Positions 25,401 through 37,400 of a DNA stretch of 64,000 nt are shown here, in pieces (positions within the stretch are counted from its first letter, which is position 1; each line of letters starts with the position of its first letter). The stretch is from Antedon mediterranea (taxonomy: Eukaryota; Animalia; Echinodermata). Where the stretch lies: contig NC_092677.1 in the NCBI RefSeq assembly GCF_964355755.1, positions 22,679,175 through 22,743,174 of the forward strand, in the 5' to 3' direction. The notes under the pieces were generated by a model, which had not been told where the DNA came from, searched no databases, and saw nothing but the letters and a program-made list of their open reading frames with translations. The translations under genes were made by a program, and so were the position numbers.

Positions 25401-28400
25401 AAGTTAGTAATTCCCAGTGCAGTGTTGTCACTTCTTTCGACATCGTGGTCTATTGCAATGACTCTGAAATTTGCAATTGAGTGACCAGCTGAAATAAAAT
25501 GTCCAGCTACATGCAAGCTTTGATGTTTTGATCGCTGATCTGTGTTATGTCATTCTCATACAGAGTGTTTTTGGTTTCTCCGACATATATACCACAAATA
25601 TCGCAGTATTTGAGGTAAATGACGTTTTTGGTTAGATAATTAATTGATTGTCTACGGCCATTTTAGTTGCTCTTAAATTTATTTTATTATTATTATTGAA
25701 AATGCAGGAATATGTATTGATTTATGACCAAATACCTATTACCTGATACTGACCCTGTTTAATTAGGAAATTTCATAAGTTAGAGTATAAAGTCTCTTAA
25801 ATTTATCATAAACTACCTTACATCTATTTGTAAGATAACTAAGAAAATGCAAGAACGTCATATGATGCTAATGGAAGAAGCATCAAAAAGATTTTCAACT
25901 ACTGGAGAACCTACAACTGATGAACTGGAAAGACGGCAGGTTTATGCTAACGTTTTAGAGTATGAACATCAAACCGTAAGCCAGATTTTTAATCAAATTT
26001 TACATTAAAAATGTATTGTCTCCCAAAATCAATTAAAAATGTATGTACTGTATCAGACTTGGAATTGGCAATTTTTCAGTTTTAATTAAGTCATTCACTT
26101 CCATAGGAGAAAAATTATAATGATTTTACCATTGTCTGACAGACAATTTGACGATTTTTTCTTTAAATTATATATTTTTTTAGGTAAATATTTTTTTTGC
26201 TGACCCAATTTTTCAAAGTGAATAACTATTATGTGACATTAAAAAAGTAATATTCAACAAAAAGAAAAAAGTAATCATTTCATGGTGACAATATATCTAT
26301 GAATTATTACTAAAACTTTGGACAATAACAATCTGGATGATAACCTTCAAAAGAAAAATCCTCCAGGACAACCAATTCAGAGAGTCATTTTCCAGGATTT
26401 AGTTTTCAAGATATTTTGTACTAGGATTCCTAATATTAAATAATAAAATTTAAACATTTTTATATATTTTTATAGAGTACTGTATCTTTCGCATATTATA
26501 TTTTTTGCAGATATGGTTAAAGTCGTGGCGAGCTAGATTGAGCCAGTCACCGCAAGATCTGGATCTAATTAATTCACTTGTTTCTAAGATATTAGCCTGC
26601 CAAGATCATCCACTAACACAGCTACTACAAAAATATCAGCAAGCAATCTTAGAAAAACTGAAACCCTTATTGAAAGAGGCTGGTAAAACGCTATGTGCAA
26701 TAACTGTACCTTACAATGGTATTGAAAAAATAGATTTTACAGGTAATAATTATTCACATTTTTGTGTCTCTCTCGGTAAATTATTAATAATTATTTTGGG
26801 ATTTTAACTTAGCAAAAAGTGAAGATTTTAAAAAGTGACATGTGCTTTTAGAAATAAACAATTTGCTCATTCTTATTGCAGTATAGAATAGAAGATGCAG
26901 TATAGAATAGAAGAGACTTACTTTTATTTTTTACACCCAAGCCATTCAATACGATACAGCCTATATAGCAAGGCATAAACTAATCGTAACACATGTGATA
27001 ATACTTGACATTGCATAATATGCACTGAATGCGGAACAGTGTGGACTAAAATTTATATTTTTTATTTTTATATATATTTTTAAAGTGTCAAAAGGGCATC
27101 ACAAATTGCAGTGATTTCAGCAAAATTATCTTTAAAATAAACACTTTCACTTCAGTTCTGCTAAGAATACCTTTTTATAATATTTAGTTAGAAGTGTATA
27201 ACATAAAAAGTAGCTCATAGTTTTACAGTACAATTTCTTATATTTTTTAGATGGTCCCAAAAAACTGCGTGGTGAGAGTTTCACTAAATTAGATAAGGCT
27301 GAGACTGCAGTGATAAAAGAAAATGTATCACAGAAATTATCAGAATCAGCTAAGACACAAGACAATGCTACTGATATACCAGAGGAGGATTACTTCTTGG
27401 ATGAAGAGGAGATGTTTGAATTTGATGAAGAGGAATTGGATGATTTCTCCATCAGTGACTTGAGCAGTGAAGCAAGTAATAGGTTATCAAAAGATGGCAC
27501 CAAATCTGTTAGTCCTGGAGGTGCAAGAAATTCTGTAGGTCATTATGAAAGTAATTCTGATGAATTAGATGCGAATGTCAACGACAGTAATCATCAAGGT
27601 ATCAGTACAGATACTTCTCTTAAAGATACTACGAATATTAAACTTAACAGAGAAGAAATAAATGTTGCTAATGAAACCGATGAAAACTTACACATTGTGG
27701 ATGTAACAGAGACTACAAAGGAAAACCTTGATGATGCAATAGAAAAAGGTATTGAAGAGGCAAAAAAGCTCACTGTAATGATAAAAGATGACATACAATC
27801 GGCTGTGATACAGGAGAACAATGAACATGATTTTGAAAGGGAAGAAATTAAAGAAACTGAAACAATAATAGAGACTCAAGGTACCAATGATCACCCTGAT
27901 GATATTGAGGAAGGAGAGAAAATAAAGAAATTAACTGAGGAAGCATATTCAAATCATCTTAAAGATATTATCAAAGATGTACACATGTTTATAGGTAAGA
28001 TACTTTTATTCATAATTGATTCATAAAAGAAATTGAAAATATAATTTGTTGAAGATGTATTGTCCCCAAAAACATTAAAAAATGAAGATTAATTAAATCA
28101 GACTTTGAATAGGTTATTTTTAGTTTGAATAAAGTTAATCACTTCCGTAGAAAAAAATAACGAAAACAAATAACACTTCTAAAATGACAAATGGTTAAAT
28201 TCAACAACAAAAAAATATTTTTTGCTTGAAATTACAGTTTTTTTCAGGTAAATAATTTGTTTTTCGATCTAATTTTTAGTGGTAACAAATAGAGGATAGC
28301 AGTTTAAATGTGACATTGAAATGGCATATTCAACATTTTAAGAATGATTTTTATAGCACAATTGACATTGAACTGTGTTATAATCCATACAGTACAAGTA

Positions 28401-31400
28401 TGTCATTCATTAAACCAAGAAAATAAATGCTGTACAAATACTGTCAGTTGTTTCCTTGATAAACTTGACCACAAACAATCGCTCTTGCATAGCAATATCA
28501 AATATAACTGTGACTTGCAGAGCCCTGGTGCCATGTTGCAACAAATTCTATGTGATATTAGTCCATAAGGTTGAATGAATCAGTATGTGAAGGAGTGTAC
28601 ACTCCACTAGAGATAGAATGCAAGGACGTATGCTAGTTGACGGATCCAGGATTTTGATAGGGGTGTCTAAAAAAGTTGTAAAATAAAGTGCTAAACCGAA
28701 CTGACTGACTTTACAAATTTCAATACCCAGTATCTACTTTTTTGTTGTTCTTCTTTTAGCGTTGTGAGCCATCAGTACACAGCACTTTATAAATGTTAAT
28801 ATGTTATTATAACTATTTTACTACTAGAATTTATTTTATTAATTGAGTTTAAAACTGATGGAAGAAAAAATGCCTTGCTAATAAAATTGCCCCCTCTATA
28901 TGTACTATAGACACTATTTATAGTGTTCATGTCAATGATTTATGGTTGGCTCATTAAAGAACATATTCTAATTTATGACCTTTAGTATTATTTAAATTAA
29001 AGACCCTTGAAACGTAAAGTGACATCTAGCCCTTTGGGGGAATTAACTTTGAAGGCAAAAAAGTTTGGTTTTATGAAACTATAGTACAAAATATCAGGTT
29101 GAAAAGGTTGTTTGCTACAGTGACTCATAAATTTAGATCTTGTTACATAAATTACTAATGTTTTTTTATGCAAGCTGCATCATGCAAATCGCCTGTTTAG
29201 ATTAAAATGTATAATTTGACGTTCATTTTAACTTTAAATTTAAAGTAAAATTTACATGTTTTTTGTGTTAAGATTAAGAATTTCTATTTATGGTTAATAA
29301 TACAAATTACACATGTCTATCTAATTATCTTTTTAGTGCATTTCATTTCCTGTGATCTGATATTTACAATTTGATTGCTATTGTTCAATGAAAGGAAACA
29401 CAAATTAGCCATGCATAGTATTACCTAAGTTTTGAAAGATAAAAATACTGTACATTGATATTAAAGTTAAACCTTACTGTAAATGAAAGCTAGCATCAAT
29501 TATAAACCACCTGTGAAATCAGTATACTGATAACAATTTTATAGTATTAGCCCATTATTTAAGGGTCTGTTTCTGCTTCCAGGAATAATATGTACAATAT
29601 GAGTTGCCAGGTCCCATTGATTAAATTATAGCTCAAGGTGGTAATGGATGGTAATTTCAAGTGGACTGTTTGTGATGCATAGTGCACGGACTAAACTGTT
29701 AAAATAAATCAACTAAAAAAAAAATGTTTTTTTAAACAAGAGATTGGTTGTTGATGAAAAATGTTAATACAGTATTACCCAATGTGTTCAGCTGGTCAAA
29801 CATTCAATATCCTACAGTAGTTGACTGAAATTCAACGACAGTCATTCAAGACTGTTATTTGGCGTTTAAAACAGCATTTAAAAAAAAAAATAAAAATTAT
29901 AATTTAAAGTAAAATTCATATCATATGATTCAGTCTTTCTAGGTTAATAATATAAGGGACCCTTGATAAATATACATGTTAACACAATGTGTTATATTAT
30001 GATATAGTTTGCAAATGTTGAGACCTTCCCTGTAAGATTAGCATAGCATGTCCTGTGTAAGATCCATGTGGAAAAAATAGACTTTATGGAGGCGCTATAA
30101 TAAGCTCAAGAGCATTGATCCTTGTCTAGCCATATTTAATTACATTAAAAAACTTTTTTTTTTTTTTAGTATAGAATTTATTCTTATTATTTCCTATGTA
30201 AACTTCAATTTAAAGCATCTCAAGCATTTAATGTTTTAGCATTTTTTATAGAGTTTGCAACTTTAGGTAATACTCAATAGACACTATTGAACTGCAATAT
30301 TCTTGTTCAACTTTTTTTAACAAAAAACAAAATGGTCTCGCAATCTCAGGCCGACTGTGGTTAAGAGAATCACATCCCACAGCGAAAATTCTAAATTCTT
30401 CTTGTGGAATATTTCAAAACAATAACATTCAAAATGGCACTTGCTGAACTAAATACATATTTTCAAATCGATATAATATAATAATTAACACTAAAAAATA
30501 GCACTTAACTTGCAGATTTTTCTGTAAAAGTAGTATAGGTTTAACTTGTTTTTTGTTGTTGCAATTTTTCATATTAACACCAAAGGAGTACTTGTAACTT
30601 AAACTTTAAATCTTTTGTATGATTTTTCTGTAAAAGTAGTGTTAGATTCAGATCATGTTTTTTTCGCTATTTTTTTGTTGTAGAAATTACCTAATTGTTG
30701 ATAAATCCACAGGAAATTGTTTAATTCTTTGTTTTAGAAAAATTATTATCAATGTTTGTTGCTGTGTATGAAGAGTTAGATTCAAGGAATGCCCGTGAGC
30801 GCTGTACCCTGCTAATTGAAGATCCATTCTTTCAGGAGATTTGGCCAACACTTTTTAAGCTTTTTAGGTAAGGAAAAATTGCATGAACTTCAGTTAACCC
30901 AATTATTACAGACATGTTTGTATGGGTTTAAAGTTCTCATTAAATTGAGAAACTTTCCCTGCATTTTATGTAAAAACTAATGCAATATATGTTACTTTAA
31001 AAACGTTCAACCAGGTCATTCCTTAATTGTACGTTATGGTTAATTATGATTATTTTTTAAATCAATGCACAGTACCCTAAAAGTTTCTTTGTGTAAAGCA
31101 CATTTCTAGGCTCTACTCGTAGGACTAACAGCATTAACGTATGAACATCATACCCTAGACTATAGATATACTTAACCTGGAACTAAAAAAGTCAGATCTT
31201 GATATCTGAGTTTTCTAGATCTAGAAAAGTGAGATATCTGAGTTTTCTAAATCTAGAAAACTCGGATATTTCTGAGATCACACAAGAAACAGGACCAATG
31301 TCTTCAATAATGTGTTTTAACCTTGACTTGTTCATAAGCTACACCTAGTAGTTCCGCTTACGGAAAATCAAACTAAAAAACATTGCACCCATTGATTTAT

Positions 31401-34400
31401 TTCCTCATATTTTGTTTTACTATTTCTGCATTATTAATAGTACAATATTTACACTTTCTTTCTTTCCATGTATCTACTGTTATGCTATGCTTATTTTGCG
31501 AAGAAAATCTTTTGCCAGATTCAATGTTGAATGTACTCTAGGCGACAGGTATATCACCAACCTGCCACAAAATATTGAACACAAAGTTCATGAAAATATT
31601 ATATTGATACATCTCTCAAACTGACACGAACATCCAATAAATTAATATCGGACTAACTTAGATGGCAAATAAAAATGAAAGAAAACTACTATAGTCCTAT
31701 TTATAGCTGTAGTCTGAGGAAAAAAAGATGTTTGCTTTCAATCTCAGTGTCATGGGTTCAATTCTGGGTTCAATGTATTAATAAAATTATTAAGATGCTA
31801 GATGGATTTACCCTCATTTAGAGCCCGGGTCAAATGGCCAATCAAGTACCGTGTACCAAACCTAAAGAGCCAACAATATCGGCATTGATTTAAAGCAGAC
31901 TCGCTTCTAGTTCTGGTGGAGTGGAACCCCGATGAACTGGTTCACAAAATATCCCCTGTATCATGGGGATTACCACCTATCTGATAGGACAGTGACTAAT
32001 TTACTATCAGTAATCCTTGGACACATGTGCCTAAAGATATTAAAATTGTATGTAATTAATTGCACATACTTCTAAATCATACTGAAGCATTATTTCAGTA
32101 ATTTCCCTTCATGTTAGATTCAATACTATACTAGACTGTGCTTTTATTTCCTATTTTATTAATGTTATTAGATCATTTAGAAAGTGTGTCTATTTTGAAA
32201 ATTATCCCCAGCAGCTTGAACTCTCAACTTCCTAGTTGGTATAGCTCATGTTCAAATTTTTATTACATGATATATTGTTAGCTCCAATGACTGTAGAAAT
32301 TGATATCAAATAGCAGTAGCCAGCCATGGGTGTATGTATATGCATTGGTATACAACCTGCCCGCCTTACCCAGCCAGCATATTCAATTTTCTATATTGAT
32401 AAGGCCATACTGCATAGAAACAACGGTTCTTATAAGGTCACCCTCCGGTGGGCCCGGTTTCATTCTTGGATGATCACGTTGGGTGCTGCTGTATAGACCA
32501 AACATGATTGACGGTGATTCGGCATGTGATAGGTACGAGTTCATGTCTGTCAGTGCAATATTGATTGATCCTTTGACCCCATCTACATACAGCGCAGAAG
32601 AACTATTCAAACAGAGTACATGATCATCTCCTGCTGCCGTTGTGGGTCCGTAGAGAGCCTAATCCAAATTAAGTTTGAGGACGATAATAAATATTTATAA
32701 TATATAATATTTATTTAAAGATGTTTCATTTCATTTCTTTATTCGACAACAAGCGGTCCCTTTGACTAATTTTTAAAAAATTAAAAAAAATAACTAATAT
32801 TTTGACCTTCATTTTTTGTGTTTCAAGGAACAATACATCTTTAAGTTATATGTTTCTTTATTTGTAATTTTAGAATAGCCAATCAATCCAATGAACGAAA
32901 AGCAGCAATAGCAATGACACGATATCAAGGTGCGTTACCTGAGCATGTTAGTGTCATCAAAAAGTTTTGCTTAAGTACTGATGTCAGTGTGTATGATTCT
33001 ACGAATTTCCCATACAAACGTGCTGTTGATGAACTTGTCAAACTTACAACATTCAATAACCCACTTAGCAAGTTGGAATGCATTGGTATGTTTCTTTTTT
33101 TTTTATGTATTATCTTTATGATATATAAATATTTAGATTATCTCAAATCAAAGGTGTTATAAATCAAAGGCTACAATCACAAACTAGGTGTGAGATGCAC
33201 TCAATTTGTTCCATAACTGCATTCATGCAACTACACATTGCATAAAAAGTACAGTACATGTATATATACAAATAATGAATATTTATAAGTTGGATGGTGA
33301 GAATATTTCATGAGTTGAAAATTGACTGCTCTATTGTTAATGATCTCCTAGAACACCATAAAACCCATTTTTTCCGTTTCCTTTGGACCCCCAGTTTATT
33401 TGCTCACTATGATCGCATGTGTCGGATCCGAGTGCATGTTCCAACTTTGGACGTGACGTAAAACAATTATAGAGGGCGCGCATGAGTTGAATGATGAATC
33501 AACAAGGTGTTGCCATTAGTTATCACTTTTCCATTCAGTAGGGCTAATTCCAAATGACATGTGATGCGTAATTAACCAATCAAAAGTCAAAAATACAATC
33601 AGGTGTGTTATAACAATGTATGAAGCGTGGTTCCCACTAGCGACGCAACAGAAGGACGTAACGCAATGCATGTGAATTGACCAATAACAAGCGATGGCTT
33701 ATCCGCTTGTGATTGCTAACTGTCTATAACTTCGCTTGTCATTGGTTAAAACGCTTGCGTTGCGTTCTAGTGGGAACCAAGCTTAACTATGCACTACCAC
33801 ACCTGTATACAGTAGCATTCTTTACATAGATACAGTACCAATAACAGTGCACTTTTTCACAAGTGAATAAAACCACTTTCGCATTGCCTAGAAAATGTTC
33901 ACACAGTCAGGCGTTACCACATGTGTTATAATGGTGCGCACATTTGTGTGTGTAAACTCCAGTGTTTAGCTACAGTAATGCTTTTTATTACAAATTGGCT
34001 GCAATTGTCTTATTTCATACATCCAATCAAAAAAGAATCTATAAAACAAAGAATATTTTGTAGACATTCATCTCTTACCATGTTTTTTTAACACTACAGT
34101 GTAGAACCATGATTATTTTTAAAAACATAATATAACACACATTGTACATGCCTATTTCTTCATATTTACAGGTTCTTTACATTTATTATTTCATTAACTA
34201 CTGATTTTCTTTTCCTGCAATGAAGCTGAAAAATGAAATAAATGCTTAAAGCATTAATCTTTCCGGAAATGAATATTCCCCAATGGTTTTAGGTGGCTTA
34301 AGTGCAATTGAAAATAAATATTTAATGTTGACTGATACATTTAATATCACTGAGTATAATTCTTGTTAATATACTATGTCAGTTATAGTTAATGCATTAA

Positions 34401-37400
34401 TATTTCTAGACACTGAGTTCAAACAGATTGACTCACTCATGTTGTACTGTATATTACAGTAAAGTAAATGTAATGCACTTCCTCTTAATAATGATCTTTT
34501 TAATATTATCATTTCTACTATAATATTGCACGTAATTCCCGATTATATTGAAGACTAATACTTGGCATTACTTTATATGCATTTCACACTTTTATTTAGT
34601 TTTATAGCTTAGGCCCTCACTAGAAGTGTAATAGCGAAAATATATATATTTCCTTCTCTCAGCCATATCTCTTGTAAGCTGGCCATATCTTTGAGATGGG
34701 CTTCTTTTCGATTTCCATGATTTTACGCTACCGTTTACGGTACCATTGATTTTACTTTTGATTCAAATTTTTTTTTTTTCCTGTTTTTCCAAATAATTTT
34801 CATTAAATTTTTAATTGTTGTATGTAAGTTTCTGCGTACGCATACAATTTTTGTGCTTACTGTATATGTTGACCCTTGACCTGAAGTTTATGTGTAATGG
34901 ATTTAATTGATATCTGAAAGGCAGTTATGAAAATGTTTGATATGGTGAATTCAAATAAAATAACTATAAGTCAATCATAGTCTTTTAATTTAACTTGTTT
35001 TATTATATTATTGTTTTTGTTACTTGGTTGGTTTCCTCCTGAATTGTCCACGAGGGAAATTAACTAGGAGGTCTCATTGAAGTGGTGGTGCTGTTTAAGT
35101 TTTTTGGACAAGGTGCTTGCTAAAATCTTCTTTAAAGTTTGCATGTTTATTTATGTTAACAATAGACTGCGATAGGGTATTCCATGTTCTAATAGTTCTC
35201 GGGGGAAAAAAGATTGCTGGTAGACTGTGGATGAAATTTGTGGAACTATTAACTGTTTGTTGTGTCCTTTTCTGGCCCTTTGACTTTTTAGTTTCAGGAT
35301 CTCAGTACTGTCTTTGCATACAGTAGTAATATCGTGGTTGATAATTTTAAAGAGTTGAGTAACTTGGTGGATTTCACGCCTGTCTTTCAGTGACTTCCAG
35401 CCTAATGTTGATAGCATACTAGTGACACTGCTATTTCTTGAGTAGTCATTTGATACAAATCTGGCAGCTCTTCTCTGCACCATTTCGATGGCATTGATTT
35501 GTTTTGCTTTGAATGGGTTCCAAGCAGCAACTCCGTACTCAAGGTGTGGTCTGACAAGCGTGGAATACAACCTTTCTTTAACGGCTTTCGAGCTTATGTA
35601 GAAATTTCTTTTCGTGAAGTTAAGGATTTTAGTGGCTTTGGTAATAGCTTGTTGAGTTTGCATCTCCCAACCCAAGTCATTTTGCAGGATAATGCCCAAG
35701 TAAGTGATTCGGTTTGTTTCTTGGAGTGCGGATCCAGACATCAAGTAGGTGGCATTAGATTGCGTTTACGGGATAGCCTCATTGTTTGACATTTGCCGGT
35801 GTTGAATTTCATACCCCATGTGTCAGCACATTCGGTCAGATGATCAAGGTCTTGTTGCATTAGTTTTTCATCTTCTTTCGCTTTGATGTTTCTGTATATT
35901 AGGCAGTCATTTGTCTTGTTACACCGCTCACTTTAGTTTGAATGTCTTGTTACACCGCTCACTTTAGTTTGAATGTCTTGTTACACCGCTCACTTTAGTT
36001 TGAATGTCTTGTTACACCGCTCACTTTAGTTTGAATGTCTTTTTACACCGCTAACTTTAGTTTGAATGTCTTGTTACACCGCTCACTTTAGTTTGAATGT
36101 CTTGTTACACCGCTCACTTTAGTTTGAATGTCTTGTTACACCGCTCACTTTAGTTTGTTTTAGTTTAGTCTTGTTACAAGACATTCAAACTAAAGTGAGC
36201 GGTGTAACAAGACATTCAAACTAGAGTGAGCGGTGTAACAAGACATTCAAACTAAAGTGAGCGGTGTAACAAGACATTCAAACTAAAGTGAGCGGTGTAA
36301 CAAGACATTCAAACTAGAGTGAGCGGTGTAACAAGACATTCAAACTAAAGTGAGCGGTGTAATAAGACATTCAAACTAAAGTGAGCGGTGTAACAAGACA
36401 TTCAAACTAGAGTGAGCGGTGTAACAAGACATTCAGTTGTAATGTTCTTGTTGTGGTTCTTTGCAAAGTCATGCACTGTTAAAATAAGTTGACTTTCACA
36501 TGAGCGTCCTTTCCTGAAGGCGTGTTGGTTTTCTGCTAGCACTTGATTTTCTTCGAGGTGTTTCATTAGGTGGCTGTCTACAATATGCTCAAGAAGCTTA
36601 CAACACACTGTGGTCAGGGATATAGGTCGATAATTTGACTGTTCAATTTTTGGCCCTTTCTTAAATAATGGAGTGACATTTGCTTTTTCCCAGTCAGATG
36701 GTAGTGAACTGGTTTCTAATGATTGGTTGAATATCTTGGTGAGGATTGGAGCGATTTTCTCCGCAGCAAGGTTTAGTGCCTTATTTGGTATCTGATCCGG
36801 CCCTAAGGCTTTTAACACTTTTATGGATTGCAGCAATTTCAAAACTCCTACATTTGAAACAGATATTTCACCAATTTCTGTGTATTGATGATAGTTTGGC
36901 AAATCTGGTAATGGAGCATTCATGTTTTCCTTGGTGAAAACACTGCTAAACTGATTCGCGATTACGTGTTCAAGATTCAAGATTCAAGAAATTTTATTTG
37001 TCCATAAAAATGGAAATTCACTTTGCTTGGTAGATTAAAAAAACAATAAAAAACAAACATAAAAACAATATTAAAACGTGCAGTATTATAACAGATTAAA
37101 ATACAAGATAAAAAGTTAAAAATAAAAAAACTGTTAAAGATGTAAAACTATTTAAAAATTGCATTATCGTCTTACTTACTTATTATCGTTTAATGCAATC
37201 ATTTGTAATTTTTATATTTTTTATTTTAGATTGTAAAAGGATCCCAATAGAATAATAAGCTTTTTGGGCTATCCTGGAAAATCTTTTATAAATGTAATAT
37301 TTGTAATGTCACTTTAGTTTGAATGTCTTGTTACACCGCTCACTTTAGTTTGAATGTCTTGTTACACCGCTCACTTTAGTTTGAATGTCTTGTTACACCG

